A stretch of 63,460 nucleotides of DNA, filler included, from Reticulomyxa filosa (lineage: Eukaryota; Protista; Foraminifera): NCBI GenBank assembly GCA_000512085.1. It is 25 parts of 25 records of this genome, joined end to end, with 100 filler letters (N's around TTAATTAATTAA, not from the genome) between each part and the next. Parts side by side here need not be neighbours in the genome. Positions count along the whole stretch, not along the records: positions 1 to 2,026 come from ASPP01003889.1; positions 2,127 to 5,883 come from ASPP01003452.1; positions 5,984 to 7,580 come from ASPP01012422.1; positions 7,681 to 9,655 come from ASPP01010421.1; positions 9,756 to 12,085 come from ASPP01007313.1; positions 12,186 to 15,190 come from ASPP01025412.1; 19 more parts are not named here. One strand, 5' to 3'. The number at the start of each line of letters is the position of its first letter. The stretch's first letter is position 1. The translations under genes and the position numbers were made by a program. Shown one piece after another: positions 1 to 12,240 of this stretch. A model generated the notes under the pieces. The model did no database searches and had not been told where the DNA came from. It worked only from the letters and a program-made list of their open reading frames with translations.

Positions 1-134
1 TTACAAGAAGAATAAATGAGAAAAGACAAAGCTTATTCAAAGTATGTTCAGGTCATGATCCCTGAACTAAAAAAAAACGTAATTGTCATTTGACATATGA
101 TCGGTGCTTTGATTTTTCAATCAAAAGATAGAAG

Positions 135-1090
135 ATGGCGCTGCAAATGTATGTCTAATTTTTGTGATTTTATTAGCTTAACTTTGAATGTTTTGTTTGT
201 TTTATTTAACTTAACTAGCTTTGCCAAAACTTTGACCAGAAAAACCATCACGTTGGATGTAGAGCACAACGACACAATCTAAACGTGAAAGCCAAAATTC
301 GGATAAGGAATGCATTCTTCCTGAGTAACGTCTAATTTTTGCCAGCAAACAATTGGAAGATGGCCGAACCTTGTGATTATAACATCCAAAGGGAAAGCAC
401 CTTGATTTGGTGTTGCGAGGTGGTGCAAATGTTAAGTGTGTACAGTAAAACTAAAATTTGTTTGCAGGCTTGTTTTTTTTAAGTAACTATTTTTTTTTTT
501 GCTAGCTTAACTTCTTTTTTTGCTAGTAACACCTTTTTTTACAAGTGGTAATTTTTTTTTTCTAAGTAGTACATTTTTTGTTATTTGAATAAAACAGTTT
601 TGTGAAACTTTAGCCGGAAAAACAATCACGTTGGACGTGGAACCCAACACAATCCAAAGCGCAAAAATCCAGGATAAAGAATTTATTCCTCCAGAACAGC
701 AGCGTTTAATCTGCAGGAAAGTAATTGGAAGACAGCCGCACTCGACAAAAGGAAAGCACGTTGCATTTGTTTACAAAGTAGAGAAATGCAAAATGTAAGT
801 AGTTGTTTTTATTTTTTATACATGAGTTGTTTTTTTTTATACGTGGTGCGTGTTTTTTTCGAGATTGCGTTACGTATTAAATTTTTTTTTTTGTTACTTT
901 GAAAACAGTTTCGTGAAAACTTGACCAGCAAGACAATCACGTTGGATGTAGACCCTAACGATACAATCCAAAACTTGAAAGCCAAAATCCAGGATAAAGA
1001 ATTCCTCCAAATAACAACGATTATCCTTGCAGAAAAGCAATTAGAAGATGGCCGCTTAAGTAATTACATATCAAAAAGAAAGAACTTTAA
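135..1090 (+). pseudogene. Degenerate polyubiquitin, at least 3 monomers, each with an intron after MQI
   Basis: Repeated [20 protein letters not shown]..[23 protein letters not shown] segments starting at about 219, 598 and 909, with stops and frameshifts; GT-AG introns at 149-218, 431-597 and 795-908. Confidence 0.9.
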
Positions 1091-1223
1091 ATTGATTTTA
1101 CTAAGGATATATTGTAATTGCTTTTTATCCAATTTTAAATTGGTTTTTTGCTTTTGGCCCCAATTGAATACTTGCTTTGCATAACAACTTGCACAAACTT
1201 ACTGTTCCACAAACAAAATAAGA

Positions 1224-1448
1224 CTAATCACAAAGTATAAAACTTGGAAAATTTTGCCTATAAGAGTCAACAAGTGCATTCACTTTTGCTCCTCCTGCAT
1301 TTCTGAGCGCTTCATCAGAAACTAAGTTAGTTAATTGAGTTGAGCCTTTCTCCGAATTGATTTCTAATTTCTTGCATCGACCATTTGAAGCACGGGTAAT
1401 CTCTTTAAAATTTTGCTTAGCTCGCACATCTGCAAAGAAAGCATGCAT
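1224..1448 (-). CDS. Fragment of a hypothetical protein (C-terminal part; possibly a pseudogene)
   Basis: 74-aa ORF with protein-like composition; no clear upstream exon found. Confidence 0.3.
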   Translation of the reverse strand: MHAFFADVRAKQNFKEITRASNGRCKKLEINSEKGSTQLTNLVSDEALRNAGGAKVNALVDSYRQNFPSFILCD

Positions 1449-2026
1449 ATTGATTTTTCTTTCAGGATATTACATGCTTAAAAAATTGAATATTTTATCA
1501 ATTTTGGAAATTTTCGAGAAAAGCTTACAATTGTGACTTTGTTATAATCATAAAATTTGCCAACTTTTTAGAAAATGCTCAATGTGTAGATATTTTTTTA
1601 AAATTATGTCTGATGTTGTTTTTTCATGAAAATCAATCATCTCTAATGTGCCACTTTAGGTGTCAACTTTGTTTTGCATTCTCCTGTAAAAATAAAGCTA
1701 AATTTGACATGTTAATTTGTTAAAGCTCAAAATAAAAATAAAAAATTAAAAAAATTTACAAAAATAAATTACAAAGCTAGAATTTAATTTCACAAAAAAA
1801 AAAATTAAATTTTACTTCTCGGGTTTTTTTTAAAACTACAAAATATACAAGGCTAGTTCTTTTTTTAAAGAGTATCTACGTGACTTGAAGATTCCTAAAA
1901 AAGAAACAAAAGATTTAAATATTTGTTTTTGATAATACAGTTTTGATTTATATATATTATTGCGAAATTTTGAAATCATATCAAAAAAATGTTTTTGATC
2001 AATCTAGGAAAAAGTTATTATAAAAC

Positions 2027-2126
2027 NNNNNNNNNNNNNNNNNNNNNNNNNNNNNNNNNNNNNNNNNNNNTTAATTAATTAANNNNNNNNNNNNNNNNNN
2101 NNNNNNNNNNNNNNNNNNNNNNNNNN
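2027..2126. other. Artificial contig spacer N44-TTAATTAATTAA-N44 (first of 24; others start at 5884, 7581, 9656, 12086, 15191, 17130, 18752, 28345, 30107, 31604, 35423, 36802, 38204, 39304, 46942, 48325, 50074, 51308, 52487, 54358, 57854, 59515, 61864)
   Basis: Identical 100-bp cassette repeated throughout; TTAATTAATTAA places stops in all six frames; base composition changes abruptly across some spacers. Confidence 0.98.
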
Positions 2127-2887
2127 GAAAAAAAAGATATACATGTATATACACGCACACAAAAAAAAAAAAAAAGGTTGAACAAAGAGGGCCAATCAAC
2201 AGATACTACTAATCCGTACATCACTTTACCTAAAGCAACGAGTAATCCCAGAAATATCAAGATTGTTCCTGCGAGATGTAATTTGTATGCATCAACCCAC
2301 TTTTGTCCGGCTGCGCTTACGTCTTCGGACCAGTGTCCAAATACAAATAAACAAAGCCATAATAACATTGCTGCCACTACGACGATACGTTTACGACGGG
2401 GGCCAAAGTATCCTATAATTTTTTTTTTATTTTGTCGATACATTCGTTCAGTTGTGAAACAGGATAGAGAAAAAAAAAAAAAAAAAAGAAAAGTCTTTGG
2501 TGGTTGATTTCAACATTCTTATACAAAAAAAAAAATAATAATGTTTTTTTTTGTTTATTACCAGCTTCTTCCGTGTCTGAGGATGTTGCTTGGGTGTCTG
2601 GTGTTGTAGTGCTTTGTGGTTGCTGCTGTCCGTTTGGGGTTGCTATTGGTGTGTGTGTGTTGTCATTTTTCAGTTTTATTTATTATTGTTTTGTTTAAAC
2701 ACACGTATATCCTCTTTTTAAGGTGGACACTATTGTGGTTTGTTCAATGTCAAACTAAACGCATTTCTCCATAGCCATCAGTTCTCTCTTCCACTTGTTG
2801 TTCTTGGGGCACACCGTTGCCGGCTTCATATTGAGGTGGTGCCTCGGTTGGCTCAGTATAAGCTTGTGGTTGTTCGGTATCAGCCAT
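2127..2887 (-). CDS. Multi-exon membrane protein, 5' part (truncated by contig end)
   Basis: ATG at 2887 gives MADTEQPQAYTEPTEAPPQYEAG; a P/Q/T-rich exon at about 2563-2643; then an exon with two hydrophobic helices (RIVVVAAMLLWLCLFVFG, LAGTILIFLGLLVAL). Head-to-head with the dioxygenase gene. Confidence 0.6.
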
Positions 2888-3285
2888 TATATAAACTCAA
2901 AATCGATTGCTTCTTTACAAAATTTAAATGAAAGAAACTCTTTCAACAGTTGCAAAAAACCTTTTGTTTGGCACACAAATACATTCAAACTTTTCATTAT
3001 TCTTGCTTACTTGATTTTTACTGTTTGGAAGTACTATCTACTTAAGAAATGAATAAGTTGTAGAGCAATTGACTGGAAAGACAATCACATTAGAGTAACA
3101 CTCAAGCAATTGAAAGAGAGAAGAGCTTGAGCGACCACAACATTCAAAAGGAGAGTTTTGTGTTGAGAGGAAGTTGCTTGTTTAAAATTACTTTGTTTTA
3201 AGTTGAAACTGCCAAAGTGCAAAGGAAGGCAAAAAAAAGTTTCAACATTCAAATTGTTCATTGGTGAAAGAAAAACTCGATTACC

Positions 3286-4876
3286 ATGACTCATCTAAGC
3301 CGTCGCTCGTTGCCTATTGGCCAGTTTTCCTCTTTCTGCACCTCATGGTTGCGAAGTCGCTCAAGAATGATGCGATTGGTCACAAGCTGCCAACACACCC
3401 CAGCAAGTTTTGGCACCCGAAGGTTCGGTTCAGCAACTGCCAAAGAAGAGGCTACCTCATCGCCGTCATCATCCACTTCGATAAACACCAGTTAAAGGAC
3501 CAGCGATTATTTCCAAAGGAATTATCTTTCTCTCTCTCTTTCTTTCCTTAAAACATCAATTCAAAACAAAACAAAATAAAACAAAACAAAACAAACAGCA
3601 AGCATCTACAGCAACCATTTAGACATAGAGTTGCGAGAAAACTGCCGCTGCGAGGAATGTTGTTTGAAGGCGACAAAGCAGCGAAAAGTGATGAAGATAA
3701 GTCCGAGCGTGAAAGTGTCGTCAATGTACGAAAAAGAGGGTGTGTTATACGTAACGTGGAGTGACAACCACAAGGGTTTCATTCCATTGGCGGACCTCGA
3801 CCTGACCAGCAACGAGGTGGTGATGTTGAATGGCGTGGAACAGAGCCTGAAGAAGTTAACGAAGAAACGGAGTTCCAACGGATACAGTGAGAAGATCAAC
3901 GCATCGAATCCGTATTTTTTGTGGGACTCCAATTCGATGGAGTCGGAGGAGAAGTCACACGTGGTGTTTGAATTCAATCACGTGATGAAAGACACAAAGT
4001 GTTTGTTGCAGCTGATCGAGGCCTTTGAGAAATATGGAGTGGTGCAAGTGCGCAATTGCTTTGGGAACTTTGGAGCCTGTGAAATTTTAGCCAAACGTAT
4101 TGGCATGATTCGCACCACGATTTATGGCGATACGTTTGTCATTACAAATAACCCCGAAGTCACCGCGCTCGAATCGCGAGTGTATACCAATGCCAATCTC
4201 CCTCCGCAAACCGATTTGCCTTATTACGAACTGTCCCCCGAAGTCATTGTTTTCCACTCCATTGAAAAGGCAGAGTTTGGAGGCGAGTCGTTTTTTGTCG
4301 ATGGCTTCCATTGCGCTTCGCTGCTCAGACAACACGCGCCCAAACATTTTGACGTTCTTTCCAACGTTCGGGTCCCCTTTCGAAAGAACTTTCTTGAAAA
4401 AGGATTTGATATGATCAGCAATCACTTTGTCATTGAATGCAATCCTGACACTTCTGCTGTGGAACGAGTTTATTTTGTCTCACTCCAAACTTTTATAAGC
4501 CTCCTTTTTTTTTTTTTTTTTTGTCTTAAAAAAAAAAATTATTGCATATATGTGTTTAATAATAATAATAATAATAATAATAAATCAAAAGATCCACTTT
4601 GACGAAGGCAATCGCCAATCACTGAACTGGGACTTGCCAGTGGAAAACAAAAAAGACTTTTATGACGCACTGCGGTCTTTTCGAGACCTGATTTTCGATG
4701 AAAAGAATCGCTTCGAGTTTATGATGGACCGTGGAGATATCACCATTTTCGACAACCGTCGCGTGTTGCATGGCAGTAAAGCCTTTGTCGGAAAGAGGGT
4801 CATCGAGGGGTGCTATCTTGATTGGCAAAGTGTCCATGGAAACTATCGCTCGCAAATGGCAAAAATTTCCAAGTGA
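3286..4876 (+). CDS. Gamma-butyrobetaine/trimethyllysine dioxygenase-like (TauD family) protein, 3 exons, probable mitochondrial presequence
   Basis: R/S-rich N-terminus; LRENCRCEEC and WSDNH zinc-domain motifs; GGESFFVDGF; FDNRRVLHG..RVIEGCYLDW. Introns near 3490-3597 and 4477-4591. Confidence 0.85.
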
Positions 4877-5197
4877 AAGCTTTATACATTTTACATCTTC
4901 TCCTCTCTGTTCCAAACTTTTCGTTTTTACTTTTAATTTTATCGACTCTTTTTATAAAAAAAAATTATTTTATCTTATTTTTTGGTTGAAAATTGTTCAT
5001 TGTCGCCAATGACTCTTTTTTTGTGCTTATGGTCCTCAGTTAAACAATACATATATTGAATGTTGCTCGAAAAATTGGGCTTGCCACAAAGCAAGTGTAT
5101 GTATTCAGCACTCGGACTTGTAAAGAGTATATTTGCAAGACTTGACAAATTTCAATAACAACGAGAAAAAAAAATCTCATAAAAATAACAAACTTAA

Positions 5198-5883
5198 TTA
5201 TCATTGCTGTTCGAGTTTTTATTGTTTTTTTCTTCAAACGCCAATGAGTCACATAAAAATTGCAATAGCAAAACCAATCAACATTTTAATTAAAATGCCA
5301 ACTGGCCACCACCCACACACTCATTTGTCTGATGCGCTGCTACTACTACTCGAACTAATGAGGCGGCGAAGGGAGGTGATGCTTGTCACGTAATTCTTCA
5401 GCGTAACGACATTGCTATTGCTGTGGACAGTGACAGCGGCATCCAAGTACAAAGTGCCATAACTGCCACTGCAACAAAGTCATATACTCCGTGCCAAAGA
5501 ACTTGTTTTAATCCCAACTCAAGCCAAGTTTTTTGATGTTTCAAACATTCCCAACGAGCTAACTCAATTCCCCACATTATTCCTATTCAAACATATATAC
5601 ATTTATATATATATGCATTTACATATACGTATACGTATATATGTATATGTATACATATATATGTTATGTAATGACACAAACATAAAGACGCTAACCTGTC
5701 AAAGTATGGAAAGGAATAGCCAATAGGATACGAATTGCAGCAATAATAAGCTGCCCAAAGATACCTGTTCCAATTCCATAAATGCAAGTATACAAGATGC
5801 CTTCCATCGTCCCAAAGCCCAAGCCAACGGCCAGACCCATCCACACAAACGTTTTGACATACGAGGCGTCCAAATACGTTCGG
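5198..5883 (-). CDS. PrsW-family intramembrane glutamic protease, 3' part (disrupted tail; possibly a pseudogene)
   Basis: GLGFGTMEG (FxxxE), RILLAIPFHTLTG and, after an intron at about 5584-5694, LWHGVYD (HxxxD) match PrsW motifs 2-4. Confidence 0.7.
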
Positions 5884-5983
5884 NNNNNNNNNNNNNNNNN
5901 NNNNNNNNNNNNNNNNNNNNNNNNNNNTTAATTAATTAANNNNNNNNNNNNNNNNNNNNNNNNNNNNNNNNNNNNNNNNNNNN

Positions 5984-7225
5984 AAAAAAACAAAAACAAA
6001 AACAAAAAAAAAAAAAAAAAAAAAAAAGAGTTAAAAGACAGAACTTTAATGTGCAAAACACAAAGAGGCGAGTTCTCGCCACAGCTAATGGTGAACGGAT
6101 GCCATTGATAGGGATCGATATTGGGAATATTGACGAAGCAGTATTGTCCCATTTTATGTTTGAATTTTCCAAAAACGGGTTCTCTCCAACGGTGCAAAGT
6201 GCCAACACTAAACTCGATTCTGGTCACCTCGCAATTGTGCAACTCCAAAGTTTCGGAGTTGGAGTTGGATGCGCTGGCATGGACAGTTGTGGCAATGGCC
6301 GACTCCGGATTTGGATTGGAGGGAGTAATGCTTTCGACGTGAGTGATTTGCGAGGAATACAGCAAGCGCAGCAGCCGATCAAAAGCGTACAGCACGAGCG
6401 GCGGGACGCAGTACCTCCACATTTGCGCGGCATGCCAGACAAGAAACGACGTCAGTGCATACGAGGAGACGACATGGACATAATAGAACCACTCAAACCG
6501 CGTTCGCCGAACACTATGGTAAGCAAAGTACCCATACGCGGCCGGTACCATCAGTATCATCACATAATACATCATCGGCACCGTAAAATTATCCGAGTTA
6601 TACGTAAACGGAACTTTCGATAAAAATGGAGCATTGTCTTTAAGTTTATACGTTTTCATTTTTTTTTTATATATATATATATATGTATATGAATAACAAG
6701 TTAAGTATACGTATACACACACGTACATATATATGTATGTACGTATATAACTGATTGACTCCAAAAAGCAATCCATAGGAACATGTGCATGTATCCGCAA
6801 AACAGCATGGCATATCCAAAAAGACGATGATAGACGACCAAGTGTTCAAAGGACAAATGAAAGCAATCATGCCACAGACGAATGCGCGTGACGGTGAAGA
6901 ATTGGAAAGACAGCAAAACGATGGCGACGACGCCAAAGGCACGAGCATAGATTTCAGTATTGCTCTTGGTGGTGTCGTCCTGATAAGCGTGCACGCCAAA
7001 CCAATAGCATACCTCGATAACGAACATCGCGGCAAACAAGAGTGCAAAGAGCAGCTCTCCGACGGAGCAAGACCAGTTGCGCCGTTGCGCAAGGACGACA
7101 CGTCGCATCAGCCACAGTTTGCACCGGACGTTTTTGAAGCTCAAATACGATATCAACGACACCACACAAATGAAGACGTAGAACAAGTATATATCTCCGT
7201 AGTGCTTGTAATAGAAATAATAGTG

Positions 7226-7263
<38 letters not shown>

Positions 7264-7507
7264 GCGATTGGTCCTTTCTTGTGATTATCTTTTGGTTATG
7301 TGCCCATGGGTCCGTCGATGGCTGTCTTGAAAACCACGCGATCAATCGCACAGTAAATATGTCCCAGCCGGATGGCAGCAAGCCGTTCAATAGCAACAGC
7401 AACGGCATGATCACTACAAAGTAGCTCACCAATGAGCCATATTCCAACATCGTTTCCATCCTTTGTTCCTGTTTCTGATGTTTTTTCTGACTGTTCAAAT
7501 CCATCAC
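5984..7507 (-). CDS. Ferric reductase / NADPH oxidase (NOX)-like transmembrane flavocytochrome, partial
   Basis: Heme-ligand His pairs (YHRLFG..GYMH; YVHV..VWH), RRTRFEWFYYVH, GQYCFVNIP..QWHPFTIS FAD-binding motif; intron near 6645-6755. Confidence 0.88.
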
Positions 7508-7680
7508 TTCTTCATCTTTCTTTTCATCACCATCACCATCATCATCATCATCATTATTATTATTATTATTATTATTATTANNNNNNNNNNNNNNNNNNNN
7601 NNNNNNNNNNNNNNNNNNNNNNNNTTAATTAATTAANNNNNNNNNNNNNNNNNNNNNNNNNNNNNNNNNNNNNNNNNNNN

Positions 7681-9655
7681 TAATTCTAATCTTAATCCCA
7701 CCACAACTAATGATTCACAGATCAATTCCATCCAATATGAACATGAACATAGGTACGAACGTGGACATGAGCATCAGCATTCACATCAACATTCACATCA
7801 ACATTCACATCAACATGGAAACAAAGTAATGTTAAATGAGGAATATACGCTATACTTAGCACATATCTATGAACTGCTGTTGGCTATGATCCGCGTTCAT
7901 CACGCACAAATGAGAGAGGCCGTCAAACAAAAACCGCTCGCGTTTGATCCGTCCATCTTACTGCCGCCCATTCTGCGTCGCAAACCTGACGGCACGACTC
8001 ATGCTAGTGTCGCCCCTGCAGCTGACGAAGACAAAGACACTTTGTTGTTGCAATGGTTCCACGATCAAAGCAGCCATGGCTTTAGTTTCCACAAATCGCT
8101 CCAATTGATTTGTCATTGTAAATTATTTGATTATCATGAATATGCTGGTCGTTTGCCGATTTGGTATACATATATATGTATATATATGTATATGTATATA
8201 TTTGTATTTATATGTAATTAGTATTGTATAAAATACTTTGTAGGTACTCCTCATTTGTTGTATTAATTTGTGAGTTGTTATTAAAACTGATGAAAAAATC
8301 GGAGGCGATTGTGCATGCGCTGATTGAAAAACACGACCTAATGCACATATTGTGTACGGAGATACTGGACATCTATCACTATGATATCGACGTGATGTCG
8401 CTAGTGTTCAGTATGCTGCGACGACTGCTGAGCAACGAGGAGTGGACGCACATGTTGCTGGAGCCCGAATACTTTGATATCATCATTCACGCGTCAGACC
8501 AGTGGTGGGAGAAGAAGGTGAGCTCGTATCATAGCGTGTATCCGGCAGCTTCCCTTTCCAGACAAAAGACCAGTGAGGCCACCGCGAATTCATTGCGTCT
8601 TGAAAACAAGGAGAGTTTGGGAAAACCAAATCCAAATCGAAAGCCGCCCGATGTTGACGTGTACGCCAAGAAGGAGTTTCACACGCAAATGGATATTCTC
8701 AAATTCTTCGTTGGAATGGCCACCAAAAACCCTTTCGATTTGCTCGAATACGACGTGATGACCAAAGTTAAGAATAACACCAAAAAAAAAAAAAAAAGAA
8801 AATGATTTTGATTGGGTGAGATGTATTTGATTGGGTGGAAATGTATTTGATTGGGTGGGAATGTCATACAAATCCAGTGTACAGTACTGTTCAATCAAGA
8901 GTTGGATGAAGAATTGGCCCTGCTGTGTTTACGGCTGATTGGCCAGTTTGCAGACCGCTCTCACACGGCGGAAGAGCTGGTGATATGTCGAGCGCCACAG
9001 ATGATCATGAAGACGCTGTGCAAACACAAAGAAAATCGTGACTTGTTAAAGCTCGGCTTCGAAACGTTGGGGAAGTTGCTGATGACGAAACAGTGTGTGC
9101 AACAGTTAATGAAAGCAGACATAACAACAGCAACAACAACAACAACAACAACGACGATGAATGAAAATGACAATTCCGATGATGATGAACCAGACGAACA
9201 TGGTAATAGCAATGGCGGTACCAATGCAGGACAAAAAAGCCATACTGCAGACGGAGAGAGCAACGAAAACACCACGGCGAATGCCAAAACTCCAAGGAAA
9301 GATCTGCCCAGTGTGGGTTGATGAAAAGTGTGGAAGAAATGATCGAACATGGCATCAATCTCGCAATAACGGATGCGTGACCAATTGCTTGTCTTTCTTT
9401 GTCAAGCTACTTCAATATGACGAGTCCGCCATTTTGGTCGTCGATCATGGCGTCCCTTTTCTGTTTGAACTCATCGAACGCAAAAATATTAATAGTATCA
9501 TTGCCTTGCTTATGACTGACATTTTCGATCGCTTGGCCAAAGGTAGCCCGCATACCTTGCATGCTTTTTTAGAGTATGAAAATTGTTGTGGGCATATTCT
9601 TGCATTTGTCCAGTTTTGTTTGTTTTTATACTTCTCTTTGCTTTTTTTTTTTTTT
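7681..9655 (+). CDS. Armadillo/HEAT-like helical-repeat protein, internal multi-exon fragment
   Basis: Successive ORFs 7829-8221, 8224-8805, 8851-9321 and 9161-9703 separated by AT/TA-repeat introns; Leu-rich amphipathic helices. Confidence 0.55.
8807..8864 (+). repeat. Intronic minisatellite, about 3 copies of a 19-20 bp unit (TTTGATTGGGTGRRAATGTA-like)
   Basis: Direct inspection of the tandem copies. Confidence 0.8.
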
Positions 9656-9794
9656 NNNNNNNNNNNNNNNNNNNNNNNNNNNNNNNNNNNNNNNNNNNNT
9701 TAATTAATTAANNNNNNNNNNNNNNNNNNNNNNNNNNNNNNNNNNNNNNNNNNNNGTAAATACCACAACGTGTTACAAAAATAGTGCATTTTTT

Positions 9795-12028
9795 TTAATT
9801 TGATATATGTACATTTTTATGTATGTGTGTATTGCTCGTAACGTATTGTTCGACACAAAATTCCACCAATTCTTGTAAGACATTGACGGAATGCTGTCCG
9901 GGCTTGGCTTCTGCAGACGTTTGAGGACTTTTGATGTCGTCCATCTTTAATTCTTTTTCTTCTTTCAAGTCCTCTGTGGAATGATTTTGTTTCTGGTCGC
10001 TGTCATTTGTGGAAATGGGCTCCTTTGTCAATGACTCGTTGGATAATAACATGTCAGCCAAGTCGTCTTTGGTCGAAAAGCATTCAAACAGTCGCAACAG
10101 CATTTGTTCATACACCTCTTTTTGCGAAGACGCATGCGAACGAGAGGGGGCGTTCGTCTTGCTCGTGTCATTGCCCTTCGATTCATTAGCCTCATTTTGT
10201 GTGGTCGAATTTGCTGACTTACGCATTTCCAACGCTCTGCTTTTACGATGTTTGCTTACAGCATCGATGATTTCCGAGAAAAACTTCAATTTGCTCGTCG
10301 CAACGGGATACATCATGTCAAATGCGGAAATCAAATTGTCAATTGCGAGCTCACGAATCGCTTCGATTCCTTCCACTTGCTCGCTCGTTTCGCTGTTCCA
10401 CAGTTCGATTGCGCCATAATTTTCTTGAGCTTTCGGAGCCAGTCCCGTGTGGACGATCATTTCATGGGACTCGAGTAATGCATTGATCAGATCGGTTTTG
10501 TCATCACTTTTTTCGTTTTTGCTCACATCATCAATGTCCAAAAGTGCTTCGATTTCGATTGGAAGTGGGGTCAGGGCTTCGCTATTTGCGTTTGCGGCGT
10601 CCTTGTCAATTGCAAGCGACACAGGAGTATCTTGGGCCTTCTCAGAATCGGAAGGGTTCACCGGTTTGGCCGCTTCGCGTTGCGGTAATGTAGATGCATC
10701 CAGTAAGATAATATCCAACAACAATGTTCGAACTTGGTCAATCACTGGAAAAGATACAACTTCGTTGCCTTTTTCATTTGGTGTAACTGTGATTTTGTCT
10801 CGTCCTTCTATCTCTTTCTTTTCTTTTTCTTTGTCTTTGTCTTTATCTTTATCTTTTCTTTGTCTTTTTCTAACATTTCTCTTTCGGTTTCGAGCTTGTC
10901 TACCTCCTGTTCAATAATCTTGCGAATTTCTTCTGTGGTCATATGTTCATATTTCGACAGTTCCTTGTCTTGAGTCGATTGGTTTTGCTTTTCAAACATA
11001 ATTTCAAAGGCCTCCAAATGGAATTTCAACATCTTCAACGCAATGGTCAATGCGTAGTTGGCTCGTGCTGCTTCCTCCAACGAGATGGTTTCTTTCAGCA
11101 CTTTAACGAAATAGCGGACCGTGTCACAGATTTGAACAAATATCGAGATGGACAGTTCCAAAGTGTACGCGTAAGAATTGATATGAGGATTGACTAGATT
11201 GGGTCCGTGTCCTCGTAGGTCGTGGTATTGCGTTTGCAAGATGGCCAGAGGCTCAAACTTGAAAAAGCCTCCGTGGTTGGTCGTCATATTGTGATAGCAC
11301 CCAATCAACGAGCCATTGGCCGAAACGAAGCCAACATATTTGACATTGTATTTCCCGTGGTACACTTGGTCAAACTCAAACTCGAGCAAATAGGGCTCTC
11401 CCCCTTCCAAACTCGTTCCTATATCCTCCAGCATTTTGCTTCCACTGTTGCCACTGACAATCCAGTCTTTGAAATTTTTATTTTTTTTGGGGATCATTTC
11501 GCGGAACATTGAAAACGGACTTGTCACTGTTTGAGTTTTCTCACGTTTGAATCCTCCGCGAATGGCAAAGCTTCCCACACTGTCGCGACCTGCTCCGCGA
11601 ATGCGACGATGAGAAAATCGGATTTCGCAATTGATTTCATGCTTTTTGATCTTGTCTCCGGGCAAATGATCAATGTCAATTTGGACGAATGAGTTATCTT
11701 CCAACCACATCAACGATGGCTTTACTGTTACAGCCTTCTTGTCGGCGTCTGCTGCATCGGAGGACGCGGCTGCGGGTTCGATCAAAGACTTTTCGATTAG
11801 CTCGGATTGCGATTGCAACTCCAAGTCTGAAATGTGTTTCGTCAGGTTCATCACCACCGTTGTCGTTGGCACTGGATCAGACCACCATCCTTGCCACATT
11901 CCATCGGGGATATTTTTCAATATCATGTGCGTTCGCAATCGATTGCGAAAGATTTTCAAAGGTAAGTCGACTTTTTTTGCCAATAGCAATGTCACCAAAT
12001 GGTTTGGTGTTAAGTACGTTTGATTCAA
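9795..12028 (-). CDS. Large hypothetical protein, internal fragment (at least 2 exons)
   Basis: 406-aa and 316-aa ORFs on the same strand with an intron-like gap; contains a Gly/aromatic beta-rich motif GAGRDSVGSFAIRG..FDQVYHGKYNVKYVG. Confidence 0.65.
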
Positions 12029-12053
12029 TAACTCGTCATCGTTGTTATTGTTA

Positions 12054-12085
<32 letters not shown>

Positions 12086-12240
12086 NNNNNNNNNNNNNNN
12101 NNNNNNNNNNNNNNNNNNNNNNNNNNNNNTTAATTAATTAANNNNNNNNNNNNNNNNNNNNNNNNNNNNNNNNNNNNNNNNNNNNTTATTATTATTATTA
12201 TTATTATTATGTTTTATTAAATGGCTTGTTTATATTACAG

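Noticed and set aside
2027-2126. Regularly recurring TTAATTAATTAA as a biological repeat or CRISPR-like array
   Set aside because: Always centred in N runs of fixed length: an artificial six-frame-stop linker. ORFs ending in X..LIN/N are artefacts.
2740-3052. Plus-strand ORFs 2740-2931 and 2795-3052
   Set aside because: They are antisense to the first exon of the minus-strand gene that starts at 2887.
7224-7580. (TAT)n and (CAT)n tracts as functional repeats
   Set aside because: Ordinary microsatellites, frequent at contig ends where the assembly broke.
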